NCBI RefSeq assembly: GCF_964188315.1
Contig: NC_135666.1
Coordinates: 1,364,001-1,428,000 of the forward strand
Direction of reading: 5' to 3'
Source of the DNA: Podarcis muralis
Taxonomy: Eukaryota
DNA: 64,000 bases
This document shows positions 1 through 11,674 of the stretch, piece by piece. The notes beneath the pieces were generated by a model. That model was not told the DNA's origin. It saw nothing but the letters and a program-made list of their open reading frames with translations, and ran no database searches. The number at the start of each line of letters is the position of its first letter. Position 1 is the stretch's first letter. Both the position numbers and the translations under genes were made by a program.

Positions 1-10
1 GTAACATATA

Positions 11-252
11 CAGTGGTACCTCGGGTTAAGTACCTAATTGGTTCCAGAGGTCCGTTCTTAACCTGAAACTGTTCTTAACCTGAAGCACCACTTTAGCTAA
101 TGGGGCCTCCCGCTGTTGCCGTGCTGCTGGAGCACGATTTCTGTTCTCATCCTGAAGCAAAGTTCTTAATCTGAGATACTATTTCTGGGTTAGCGGAGTC
201 TGTAACCTGAAGCATATGTAACCTGAAGCGTATGTAACCCAAGGTACCACTG
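11..252. mobile_element. Tc1/mariner-type MITE
   Basis: TIR cagtggtacctcgggtta ... taacccaaggtaccactg, TA on both flanks; same family as 51937-52162. Confidence 0.9.
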
Positions 253-666
253 TACCTGGAAACTATCTCGTAAGGAGACAGTCCCTTTGTCCTCTCTTGG
301 CTAGAGGCCAAGAGAGCATCTTTGGCTAAGCAGATGTTGCTTCTTCAATGCATGTAGTCAAGGAGAGAGAGATGGCTACCCTGCCCTGTGCTTTTGTCAT
401 TACCTGCACAGGTGAGGCCACACCCACCTCTAGTCACATGCAGAGGAAGTCTGTCCCAGCCCAGAAGGAAACAGGAAGTTGACCTTCTGGCTGGACAAAC
501 ATTCCTCCCCATGTGTAAACATGTTCACTCTAGGAAGGTTGCACTTGACTGCTCTTGTGTTTCACATGCCACAGTTGTGAGGATTAAAGGCAGAGAGGGA
601 GAACCATGGATGCCACCTTGAGTTCCATGGAGAAATAAAGACAGGGTGGAAGGCAAGATGACTCAC

Positions 667-796
667 CTGTGTAATCGGCCAGATGCACCTTCTGTGGCTT
701 CTTAATGATGCCCTCGCGCACAAGCTCCTCATAGAGGGATTCGAGGGTCCTGTCTGGTGTCAGGTCCTTCTCCTTTTTCCCTTTCTTCCCCTTTTT
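667..796 (-). CDS. IQCA1L: IQCA1L coding exon 12
   Basis: [43 protein letters not shown]; cag acceptor, GTGAGT donor. Confidence 0.9.
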
Positions 797-3700
797 CTGC
801 TCCAAAAAAAAAAGGTCAGAGAAAGTTGTTCTGCAGCTCTGGGCAGGTGAATGGGGGGCAGAAGGACAGGCTCCTCCTTCATCCCCCCCCAGGGGATGCT
901 CCTTGGATAAAAGGCTTCCCCGCCCCCCATGCACTGACCTTGGCACTCTTCTTGGCCTTGGCCTTGACCGGCCTCGCTACTTCCTGGTCAATGGCCAGCT
1001 TGAGCTGCTGAAGCTCCTCTCGCATCAGCTCATCCACCTGAGCAGGGGAAGGGAGAGGAGGGGAGGGGGCCTCAGAAAAGGGCTGCAGGGGCCCAGCTTC
1101 TGTGGCCCCTGGAATTTTGAGGACAAGGGCCGGCCCCTCCACCTGGGCACCCACCTGCAACCGAATCTCCTCCTCCACCTCCTTCCGCTTGTCCACCTTG
1201 ATCAGGTCCTCCTGGTAGCGCTGCTCAAAGTTGATGGCCTCATCCTGGTCACTCCAGCAGCCTGGGGGGGGGGGGGGCAGGCAGTGCTGATGTCCCCGTG
1301 CTGCCCACCCCCAGCCCTCGCTGCGCCCAGCAGCCCTGCCCAGCTTCCCATGATGGCTGCGGTCAGTGCCCGCTTGAGGACAGGAGGTCTGGGCCAGAAG
1401 GCACCGTGGAGGGACGTCTGGGGCTCAGTGATGGGACTGCATATTTGGAAGGGGCCCCTAAGAGTCATCTAGTCCAACCCCCAACAATGCAGGGGTCTTG
1501 TGATTGGCCCAACACCTAGCCATGTCTGGAGTGGGGTGCTCTGCCATCCTTGGCAGGGTGTGGAGCTCCTAGAGTGTCCACGATGCCCGCTTGTCCCCAT
1601 GGGGTGGCCTCAGAGCCAGATTACAAATGGGCAGAGTAGGCACCAGCCTGTGGGGCCCCGCCTTTTAGGGGCCCCGAGACAAAGGATCAAAACAGATACT
1701 GTCTGTTTTGTGTAATCCAATTGTTGGTTGGTAAAATCAAGCGCGTATTTGGAGATAATTTGCAAGGGGGGCCCTGAGATGTTGACTGCCTAGGGGCCTC
1801 CACAAGGTTTAATCTGGCACTGTGTGGGCTCCTTCTCTCTCCCCCCCCCCCATGCAATGGACCCTACATTGACCCACTGCTGGCAGCTCTGCCTGTCAAA
1901 GTGGCCCAAGAGCCCCCTGCCTGCAACCCCTTCCCTCCCACACTGGGCTCCCCTGTGCCCTGCCTCACCTGTGTAGCGCAGGTAGCCCTGGTTGATGGTT
2001 GGCAGGAACTTGGAGGGGTGGAGCAGCAGGCCTTCATCTTCCTCCTGAGGAGAACCTCAAACCCAGCATGTTAGCAGACCCCTAAGGTGTCCCCACCCCA
2101 TCCCTGCACAGGTGGGCTGGGCTGTGGCCTCCCAGGGAGCAGATGGACTCCAAGAGAAGAAGAAGAAGAAGAGTTTGGATTTGATATCCCGCCTTTCACT
2201 CCCTTTAAGGAGTCTCAAAGCGGCTAACATTCTCCTTTCCCTTCCTCCCCCACAACAAACACTCTGTGAGGTGAGTGGGGCTGAGAGACTTCAAGGAAGT
2301 GTGACTGGCCCAAGGTCACCCAGCAGCTGCAAGTGGAGGAGCGGAGACACGAACCCGGTTCCCCAGATTAGCAGACTACCGCTCTTAACCACTACACCAC
2401 ACTGGTGTGGTGTAGCCAGGGCAGGGAACCCCCCCACACACACACACACTCCTCACCGCTTTCTTTTTCTCCTTCCCTTTTTCCTTCTCCTTCCCTTTCG
2501 CCTTCTCCCCTTTGTCTTTCTCCTCCTTCTTCTTCTCCTTCTTCTTGCTTTCTGCCTTCAGCTCTGCCAGCTCCAGCTCATTCTGCACCTGCGGGGGGAA
2601 TACGTGTGACTCCAAGAGGAATGGACTTGGGGGGGAGTGAGGGTATCTTAGGGGGGGTGGCAGCCTCCAGGAGGCTCCTCCTTAAGGCAGAGGGGCACTG
2701 CAAGCCCCCTCCCCTCTTCAGCCCTTCCATCCAATACCTCTTCAGGGGTCTTCTGAGCAAAGAGGACAGTGCAGCCCCCCATCTGCTCATCAGGGTAGTC
2801 GGGGAAGGAGCCGACCAGGTCGCTGTGGGAGGCAGAATGGGGGGGTGAGCATCAATGGTCCGCTGAGAGGAGCCAACCAGCTCGTCCCTTGCACCTATGG
2901 CCAGCAAATGGCCTTCTCCGTAGTGGCCCCCACCCTGTGGAATGCCCTCCCATCCACTGGCAAGGAGATGACTTTTAGAAGACATCTGAAGGCAGCACTG
3001 CACAGGGAAGCTTTTTAAGGTTTATGGTTTTATTGTTTTTTTGTATGTTCTGTTGCAGGAATTTATGTATAGGTGGGGGGGGATGCCCCTCCAACAGATA
3101 TCATACACATGGAGCCCACTACCAAAACCAGCAGCATCACTTTTGTGATTTGTCCCCACAAAACACTTCATCACTGTTTCTTCCTGTCTATTCAAAGGGC
3201 CTTTGCTGCAGGATACCAAATGTAAGAATTCACTGATAAAAGTATCTATGTACTGGCACACTGGGAAAACTTCAGAAATTCCTATAGACCTGTGAGCTCA
3301 GCTCCTCAGCAGCCCCTCTGCCTGAGTGATAATTCCTGGCATCCTGATACCTGAGTGCCAGACAGGTAGCCATTCCAGAAATAACAAACCCAGATGAAGA
3401 CAAAAGGGTGTGATTAACTTAGCCGGGAAACAGGGAAATGTAAAGATCTCTTTTGTTCCACTTGATGGGTGTTTGGTGGAGGGCAAGGAGAACCATGGGG
3501 CAGGGTCCAGGATGCTCAGATTCCTGCCACCAGACCTCCCCTTTCATGATGTAACCGTGATGTATGAGTGATGTAGCATGGGGATTAGCAGCTAATAAAT
3601 GTTTGGGTTCTCTTTTGTTCAGGGCTTCCATCTTGTTCCACCTTGTGGCAGGTAGGAGTTCTGTCCGGACAGTCTTCAATCAAGACCAAGCCTCCTGACT

Positions 3701-3819
3701 GCTGTTTTGCTCTGGTATTCCTGGCTGGTGTCCTTGGTTTTTGTCCAAGGGAGCCCTCAGATTTCTCCGTTAACAGTTGGAAGCTGCCCAGAGTGGCTGG
3801 AACAATCCAGTCAGAAGGG

Positions 3820-3875
<56 letters not shown>

Positions 3876-6800
3876 GGATGGCTTTAAAAAAGGATTAGAT
3901 TAGAGAGCTAGAAATGGCTAGAGACTGCCTCTCCTGCTCATGTTTTGCTTGCGGGTTTCCACTGTTCCTACTGGCACTAACCGGCTCCTTGCAGCCTTGG
4001 ACCCGAGGAGCCTCCCGCTGTTTCCCGGGGCCCCTCGAGGCTCTCCTGGGCCGCCCTGCCCTCCCTCTGCTGCTCACCGGCACTCGATGAACCACTGGCG
4101 CAGCTGGTCCTTGAGCGCCTCGCACATGCTGGGCCCCTCCACTTCGTAGATGGTGTCGCGGATGTTGTCGAGCGCCACTTGGTACTCGGCCTCGTAGTCC
4201 GCCTGGCGCATGCGGCGCAGCTCCTCGCCCAGCTGCGCCCGGATCATGGCCGGCGTGGGGCCCGCCAGCTCCGGCTCCAGCTCCTGCGCGGGGTGGGCAG
4301 TGAGCAGCTGGGGGGGGCGACCTTCCCTCTCCCTCCCCCCTCCCCAGCCCCACGCCGAGCCGGAGGGAGGGAGAGATACGACGGCACAGGCGAGGCCATT
4401 AGGCGAGATGGGAGGCGGGCGCCGAGCGCGGCCGTGTAAATTACCCCGTAATGAGTTTGTAATATGCGCGCGCGGCGCCTCCTTGCCCGGCAGCGGCCGC
4501 GGCGCCCAGGCACTTTCCCGCCTCATTGCCCCCCAAATGGATTTTAAATATCATTCCGAGGACACAATTATTTAAAACGCTGAACTAAACACTCGCTAAT
4601 GGGGGGGAGGAGGCGGGAAGAGCCCCGGCGGAAACGGGACGGGGGGGACACGGAGAGACCCCCGCTTGGCGCAGGAGACGGACGCGCCTTGGGCTGCCCG
4701 GGCCGCGCCAGGGCGAGAAGCTCGGGGTTAGCAAGGCCGCGCGCCCTCCCTCCGTCCCTCCCCTCCTGCGCCAGGCCCGCGCCATCCCCGAGGCGGCCCT
4801 CGAAACCCTCCTGCGGTGCTTCGGCCAAGCCGCTCCCGGCGCAGGAGCCGAGCTGGCCCCGGCGGGAAGGGAAGGCGGTCCCAGTGGCGACCCCTCGTCC
4901 CGCCCCGTCGGGGCCGCGCCCTCCAAGCCGGCCGGCCGGCGGTGCTTGGAAAAAGGGGGCGGGAGGGCCGTAGCGCCAAGGGCAAGAGTCCGGCACCGGA
5001 GGCGGGGCGCGCGCTCACCATGCCAAGGAAGACCATCTCCATCTGCCGGGATAGTTTAATGAGTCGTCGCTGCACGCACCCTTTCCAGATCTGGAGGAAG
5101 AGGAAGAGGGGACGTGAATCGGGACCCACCCGGGACTGCGCTCCGCACTGACCAAGGAGCTCATCCGCCCAGGCTCGTGGGGCGTGAGGTGGGGGGCAAC
5201 CACGAGCCTATGAAAGCCCACTTCGAAGAACAACTCAGTTCAATGAGGCGCCTCACAGTTTGACACTCGACTCCCCCAAGAGGACACCCGCCTCGCCATG
5301 GCTCCGCGCGCCATCGCGCCCAAAAAAGGCCCTCAAGGCGCCTTTCTACAATATGTTGGTGGGCGGAAAGCGGACGGCAAAGCTTTGGGACGAGGCGGGT
5401 TTGGGGGATCAACGCGCGTCCCTCGGCTACATTCATGACTTCGGCCTTCTGATTAAGCTGGTGTCAACATAACCACCACACCCCCGACGGCGCCAGCGCC
5501 TTGAGTCGCAGCTGGAGAGCGGCGGAGTAAGGCAGGAGAGGCTAGTCCTGTCTCTTTGCGCTGGGGAAGAGGGATGTCTGCGCCCCCTCGCCTCGAAAGA
5601 CCACCCCGCCTCTCTCCAGGATCCGTCCTAGCCTCCAACCAGAACGGGCGTTCCTCGCCTTGTGGTCCTTGGGGAACAGCCCCCCCCCCGCTCCTCCCTG
5701 GAGGCAATGCCCCCCCCCTCACCTTCTGGATGGTGATGGCGGCCACGTCTCGGTTGGGCTCATAGAAGCCGCTCTCGCGCACCTTCCTCTCGCGCTCCTC
5801 GTCCCTCCGGATCTCCCACATGAAGCGCGCGCGCAGGCGGCCTTGGCGCATCCGCTCGGCCATCTGGATCAGCCGCACCGCCTCCTCCCGCGGCATGCTG
5901 GGCCGCGGAGGCTGGGGGAAGGGGGCAGCCCTTTTCAGACGGGGCCCCAGCGCCCGCCACGGGAAGCCCCAGCGCAGGGCGCCGTCGGACGCCGCTGGCC
6001 GCCACGCCGGGCTCCTCCAGGAACCGGAGGGCAAGGATCCCGGCCGGGCAGGGCGTGAGCGAGTGCAGAAAGCTCCCGCGGTCTGGGCCCTGCGCCAGGC
6101 GCCCCCCAGGAAAAACCTGCAGACCCGCCCTCCCCTCCTCCTCGGGTCCAAGCCCAGCCTGGCACCGGCAGCGCCAGGAGGAGCCCTTCGCCCGATCAGA
6201 GGCCCGTTCCCAGGGAGGGGGCACTCACGGCGGACCCCACTTGACTCTTGGTGGGCCCCATTTGATTCAGGAGCCCGGTCAACAGGTCCTGGCGGTCCTG
6301 GAGGATCTTGGCGCGCTCGTGGAGAAAGTACTTGGGAATGGGGACCTCCATGTCCGCCTGCAAAGAGGGGGAGATGGGGGCGGGAGGGGGTTGGTGGCGC
6401 CCCTCTTCCGCGGAGTCCCAGGCTGGCTGGACCCTGGAGGTGGCTCGTCCAAACGCGCCCCACGTTGTGCAATCGTGGCCTGGGGTTTCGGTTACTTGAT
6501 TTCTACCCTGCTTTTCGGCCGCTGACAAAGGGTTAAAATGGCAACAGAGCCCCGAAAGAAGGCCACGAAACGCCGGGATACATATAAATGAGCAGCGTAA
6601 AAGCCGAATTAAAGCCAGCTTTAATCACTTTAAAAGCAGCTTACGGAAGATTTAAACGGCCTCGAGAAACAAGGCTTTTCCTGGCACAGAAATGGCATCA
6701 AGGTCAGCGCCACGCAGACTCCGCGGAGGGAGCGTCCCGCCGTCGGGGTGGGCTGCACGGAGCGGTCCCTTCCCCCTGTTGCCACCGGTGGCACCGCGCA

Positions 6801-8717
6801 CGGCAGGAAGGGTCCCGAGCGGAGGCGACCAGCTCCCCTTAGCCAGCCTGCGCAAAGCGTCTCCCTGGATGCCACTGCGCTCGAGGCACCCCTTTCTCCC
6901 GCCACCCCTTCTTGAGAACCCCCCCCCCTTTGGCCAGTAGCCCCGCCCAGACCACCTTCTCCCGCTCTTCCAGCCCTTCCCGGCCTAAACCACGAGGACC
7001 AGAACCTCGCCTGTTTGTCGCGAAAGGCAGCCTGAGATTCGCCCAGCCCTCGGGGGGCTCCTTCGAGGCTCTTCCTTTCAGGCCCAGTCTAGGAGAGCAG
7101 AGCAGGGGTGTTTCTTATGGGGCCCCTGGAAGGAGGGCAAGGACGAACACCCTCCCCCACAACCCTACAGGATCTCTCCCCCGCGCATTCCGTCCCCCCC
7201 ACCCGCTGCCCGCCCGGGACTGACCGGCGTCAGCTTGAGCTCCTCCAGCACTTGGTCCATGTAGTGGTACTCGGACAGGTCCAGCTCCACCAGCTCCTGC
7301 TTGAGCTCCAGGATGCGGCCCAGCACGCCCTCCAGCAGAGGCCGCAGCACCAGGCGCTTCTGCGGCTGCACCATCTGGTCGTAGCAAACCTCCAGGCGCC
7401 GCGCCGTCTGAATGTAGCGCAGGTAGAGAGTGGCCACCGTGTGGAAGAAGACCGCCCGGTTCCGCTCCGGCTTCGTCGGCTGCGCCGGCAGCTCCTGCGC
7501 CAGAAGCTCCTTCAGGGCCACCCGGGACTCCTGCCACAGTTTCCCGAACGTGCTGCGGGAGGGAGGGAGGGAGGGAGGAAGAGCCACGTCCCCAGTCCGC
7601 ACCGCAGCCCGGGCGGCTCTGGGAAGGCCAGGAACGCGCAGCAAGGAGGTTGCCTTCCCTTGCTGAGGGGCTAGTGGCGGATTTACGTTTAAGCTAAACA
7701 AGCCATAGTTTAGGGCCTCACAAAAAATTAAAGGGGGGGAAAACTGGATGTACATTTCCAAAATATAAGATAAAAAACAAATAAAATAAAACCTACATCC
7801 AGCAACAGTGTTTTGTGTTGTGTAGGCTTCTATGATGTACGGAACGGGCCCCGCCTGCTAGCCTGCTCCCTCAAATATCAATTGTCTGCTCATTTCTGTA
7901 TATAGCGTGCCTGCATTTTGCATGGACAGGTTGCATGGCATATATTCAACACAAAAAAACAGCGACAATTTGTTGTTGACAAAGGACAGTTGGACATATA
8001 AAGGGCCCCATTACCTTCAGTAGCTTAGGGCCCCATCGAACATAAATCCGGCCCTGTGAGGGGCAAATTAGCCATGGAAGGGGCGGCCGCCGTCGAGAAA
8101 GGCGTTGGGCTGGCCGGCGCCAAGAGAATTGGAACCACCCAGCCCAGCCCTCGATGGAAGGGGCGCCCCGACGCACCTGGGCCAATGCAAAGGGCAGGAG
8201 GGAAGCCGTCCATGGCGAGATCAGATGCTCATGGAATCATAGAACAGAAGGGTGGAACTGGAAGGGACCCCAAGGGCCATCTAGTCTAAACCCCCCCCCC
8301 CATTGATGCATGAGTGATGGAGGGCCCCACTTCCCTCCCGAACAGGCAAAACCCGGGGATCAGATCTGACCAGGCAGAACTGTATGGCGCGCGGGGCGGG
8401 TGGGTGTTCGGGGTCCTGAACACCAGACCCCTCTCCTTCCACGCGCCCCTGGCGCCCCCTCCCTCCTCCAGCCACCCCAGCCGCTGCTCCGTAGCCTGCC
8501 CCGGTGCTCCCGGCCCCCTTTGCAGATTTGCCAGCGCCGCTCAAGCCAGCTCTGGGCGCGCCCCGTCGCCTACAGGCAAGCGCGCGCCCCGGGAGCGGCT
8601 CCGAATACCCGCCTGCCCAGAGGGGCTTCCTCGGGGCAGCCCGGAGACGGCCGAGCGGAGGGCTCAGCGAGCGCGGCTCTTGCAAGTTACCCCCAAGAAG
8701 CCGCACCTGCTCGCCAT
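667..8717 (-). CDS. IQCA1L: IQ and AAA domain-containing protein 1-like (DRC11 family), 5' partial: 12 coding exons, gene continues off the left edge
   Basis: Exons 8717-8707, 7552-7225, 6357-6241, 5911-5723, 5090-5019, 4307-4078, 2822-2738, 2588-2457, 2044-1969, 1261-1155, 1037-939, 796-667. All GT-AG and phase-consistent (1576 nt). Peptides [41 protein letters not shown] (IQ), QWFIECR and [16 protein letters not shown] match recalled IQCA1/IQCA1L. Position next to ABCF2 favours IQCA1L over IQCA1. Confidence 0.9.
939..1037 (-). CDS. IQCA1L: IQCA1L coding exon 11
   Basis: [33 protein letters not shown]; AG/GT. Confidence 0.9.
1155..1261 (-). CDS. IQCA1L: IQCA1L coding exon 10
   Basis: [35 protein letters not shown]; AG/GT. 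Confidence 0.88.
1969..2044 (-). CDS. IQCA1L: IQCA1L coding exon 9
   Basis: [25 protein letters not shown]; AG/GTGAGG. Confidence 0.85.
2155..2405 (-). mobile_element. Squam3-type (MIR/Ther1-derived) SINE with (CTT)n tail
   Basis: Reverse complement of 46546-46800; tRNA-like head and (GAA)n on the + strand. Confidence 0.8.
2457..2588 (-). CDS. IQCA1L: IQCA1L coding exon 8 (Lys/Glu-rich)
   Basis: [44 protein letters not shown]; AG/GTGAGG. Confidence 0.85.
2738..2822 (-). CDS. IQCA1L: IQCA1L coding exon 7
   Basis: [28 protein letters not shown]; resembles recalled IQCA1 GTFPEYPDVEEGGS. Confidence 0.87.
3778..3875 (+). repeat. L2 3' tail ending in (ATT)n microsatellite (about 18 units)
   Basis: ggaagctgcccagagtggctgg tail motif, shared with other L2 copies here, followed by ATT repeats 3820-3875. 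Confidence 0.8.
4078..4307 (-). CDS. IQCA1L: IQCA1L coding exon 6
   Basis: ...[46 protein letters not shown]; AG/GTGAGC. Confidence 0.9.
5019..5090 (-). CDS. IQCA1L: IQCA1L coding exon 5 (IQ motif, second half)
   Basis: [24 protein letters not shown]; AG/GTGAGC. Confidence 0.88.
5723..5911 (-). CDS. IQCA1L: IQCA1L coding exon 4
   Basis: [39 protein letters not shown]...AAITIQK; AG/GTGAGG. Confidence 0.9.
6241..6357 (-). CDS. IQCA1L: IQCA1L coding exon 3
   Basis: [39 protein letters not shown]. Confidence 0.9.
7225..7552 (-). CDS. IQCA1L: IQCA1L coding exon 2
   Basis: [17 protein letters not shown]...[53 protein letters not shown]. Confidence 0.92.
8707..8717 (-). CDS. IQCA1L: IQCA1L coding exon 1 (11 nt, ATGGCGAGCAG)
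   Basis: ATG in good context (agcATGG) followed by a GTGCGG donor. Phase 2 joins exon 2 to give MASSTFGKLW. Confidence 0.7.
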
Positions 8718-8796
8718 GCTGCCCCCTCTGCCTCCCGGGCGCCGAGTTCCTCGCAGGTGAAAGGCGGGGAGGCCCCACCCCCGATTGTCCGGGCCA

Positions 8797-8810
8797 GTTC
8801 CCATAGAAAC
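8797..8810. promoter_or_regulatory. RFX X-box-like motif GTTCCCATAGAAAC upstream of IQCA1L
   Basis: Matches the GTTNCC-AT-RGNAAC pattern, 80 nt upstream of the ATG of an axonemal-family gene. Confidence 0.6.
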
Positions 8811-9299
8811 GAGGGAACAGGGAAGGGGCCGGCTGGCCCGCCTGCAGAAGAGCGCAGGGCCCGCCTGGAAGGGGGGGGGGGTCACTCCCGGGACCAAAGG
8901 AGGCTCCAAGCAGCAGGGCTCCGTTTGGTACCTGCTCCTCCCAGATCCTTGGCACGTCCAAGGAGCTATTTGCTGCCCAGAGCCCCATCCCTTACTGGAG
9001 AGCCGTGAGAGCCAGCCCCTCCCTTGCCGCTGACGAAGGAGCCCCCGATGCTCCTGACCTTGGAGGAGATGCCAGGCGGGATAAATACTTTTGGAGTCCC
9101 TAAGCACTTAAAAGATTTTGGTGCCCCCATAAATATCTGGTTCAAAATATAAACGATAATCTGTGCAACACAATGTTATTTTTCGAAATAAAACCTACAG
9201 TAAGATGGAAAATAATATTTTAATCTGGTATACTTTCACTTCTTTTGATAAATGTCCTTCTCCAATTGCAAAATCTTCGATCAGATCCTCAAGAACCTG

Positions 9300-9750
9300 C
9301 ACACCTGACACAAAACTGCACAAAAGACTGTTCATGTAGGCGGCGGCTGCTGCAAGGATGGTTACCCAGAGTCAGAAGGATGATAAGATACCTACAAAAG
9401 CGGCCTGGCAGATGAAACTATGCAGATGGCAAGACTGACCGGGAAAACTTCAATAGAGAATGGGGCAAATACAGACTGTATCTAAAAGACCACTGTAAAC
9501 ACTTGAACTCTTTGGCAGGCTTTAAATAACTCTTGCAATGTCACAAAGACTTTTGATATAACGGAGGACTGTAATTTGGATGAATTTATAATATGCAGTT
9601 TACAAAGGTATTTAAAGAACTCGTGAAGGGGAGGAGGGAAGCCCTAAGATTTGGAAGAATCTTGTTATAATTTTAATATTTGCAAGAATTTGTGTGTGTG
9701 TGTGTGTGAATCAACTTGTAAAACCAAATAAAACTTTATTGAAAAAAACC
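9300..9750 (+). mobile_element. L1/Tx1-like LINE 3' end
   Basis: Degenerate ORF2 C-terminus (LFM..AAARM...WQMKL..MARLTGK), AATAAA and A-rich end. Confidence 0.6.
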
Positions 9751-9852
9751 ACACAACTGCACATACACTATGCAAAAGAATGAAATATCATTCTCCCCCC
9801 TTCTTTCTACACCCAACCTTGCAATGCCTATGGCAGCAGTTGCACTCCAAAT

Positions 9853-10087
9853 GTAAAGGTAAAGGTAAAGGGACCCCTGACTGTTAGATCTAGTCATGGC
9901 CGACTCTGGGGTTGCGGCGCTCATCTCGCTTTACTGGCCGAGGAAGCTGGCATACAGCTTCCGGGTCATGTGGCCAGCATGACTGAGCCGCTTCTGGCGA
10001 ACCAGAGCAGCGCACAGAAACACCGTTTACCTTCCCACCGGAGCGGTACCTATTTATCTACTTGCACTTTGATGTGCTTTCGAGCTG
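9853..10087 (-). mobile_element. Sauria SINE (Squam1), 5'-truncated
   Basis: (AAAGGT)n tail, then gggacccctg...ctctggggttgcggcgctcatc. Confidence 0.85.
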
Positions 10088-11668
10088 TAACTGACCTGTA
10101 AAAAGGGCTCTATAATTTGAAAACATTCTATGTACCTTTGTTATCCATGAAAATCTTTCAATAAAAACGAACTTAAGACCAAAATGAACCTTGCATCACA
10201 CATTTCTATACTTGGTAACAATAAGGCACCTGCCTTGTTGCAGTTGTTCTGTAGGGATTTTTAGAAGACTTCACCTGTCAATGCTCAGCTGAGCATTTTG
10301 TGACAATGCTAAAAATCGGGCAATGGGAAATTTATGTGGTGCCCCCTTGATACCCTAAGCAAGTGCTTATTTTGCTTAATGGTTAATCCAGCCTGAGGAG
10401 ATGTCTGAGGGCAGCTGAGGAAAGGAGAGCAGCCATCTGCTCCCCAGCCAGGTTGGAGAGTTCAAGGGGCTTGCCTTCATTTCCAAAGCCCTGAGCAACT
10501 TAGTGCCATGGTGCCTCAGGGACCACCCGGACCCTTATACTATCTCCGATGCTGCAGGAGCATCGTTGGCAAGACCCACTTGATGACAATGAGAAACCGG
10601 GCCTTCAGTGACACGGCCCAGTCCTATGGAACTCTCTGCCACTGGAAATTCTGGGCCAACTATTAAACGCCTGATGAAAACCTTTTCTATTCCCCCAGCT
10701 AAGAATACACTTATGTATGTTTTTGACGTTTTAAATGCCTTTTATTGTAGAGTTTTATTGCTGCAAACCACTACTTTTGATACTTTTTTTAAATGACAAA
10801 GCAGTATATATTTTTAATAAATAAATAAAGTGATTGAGGGCGGGCAACTGTGCCTTGGGCTGCAGGGGGTGGACAGACTTTTGCCTTGCCCAGTGAGGAC
10901 CTCCCAAGGCGGGGAGAGCTTGCTGGCCCCCCCAGGAGGGGAGACCCTCTGGAAACAGGCCTTCCCTGCCCGCTTTGCTCCAGGCACCTATGGGCCAACC
11001 AGGGAGAGATCTTGGTAAGGCGGGGGGGGGGGGGACATGAGGGCTGTGGGGCAACCCAGCTGTGAGTCTGCTGCCTGGGGGCCAGAGCCAACCAAAGATG
11101 GGATTGTGCCCCTTTCGGCTTTCCGCTTCAGGGAACATGTGACACAGCCTTTCCAGAAAAGGAAGTATAGAATGCGTGTTGGGTGGGAGAGATTCTGGCG
11201 GTGGCTTTGATCTTTTGGGAGGGGTCCCCCCAAAAAAAAAAGTGGGACGACATACTTCTCAGTAGCCTTGGTGGGCCCAGCATCCATTCTATGTGTCTCA
11301 TCACCTGAAGAAGCCAGGGAAGGGAGACAGGCTTGTAGGGCAGTGTGGGAGAGTGGGTACAGCTCCACATGAGCTGAGGCTGGCAAGGGATGCTCAGAGC
11401 CACAAAGAGGAGCACTCAGTGCAGTTGGGCATTTCAGTATCACCTGGCCTCCCTCTTAGTCACTTTTGAGAAGGCACTCGCCACTCCCCTCAGACCCAAA
11501 CATGAATAAGGAGAGCATTGCCACGGTTTAAGCCAACCCGACAGCCAGCCGAGATGTCAACTCTTGCTTTTACATTATTTCCCAGATGAGCTGAGGCACA
11601 CAGAGCTTTCCTGCCCCTCCCATCGCCTCTGCGAGAAGAAAGGAGAACTATTGAAACACTTTTTCCTC

Positions 11669-11674
11669 TTTATT
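11669..11674 (-). terminator. Probable ABCF2 polyadenylation signal AATAAA
   Basis: TTTATT on the + strand, about 460 nt past the stop codon; the first canonical signal I found. Confidence 0.55.

Larger units (their letters stand above)
3990..8830. promoter_or_regulatory. Extended CpG-rich domain covering IQCA1L promoter and exons 1-6
   Basis: CpG retained in introns as well as exons; X-box-like motif at 8797-8810. Confidence 0.65.

Noticed and set aside
6608-6625. Perfect 8-bp inverted repeat attaaagc-ca-gctttaat
   Set aside because: Too short and isolated to exceed chance in 64 kb; no associated structure
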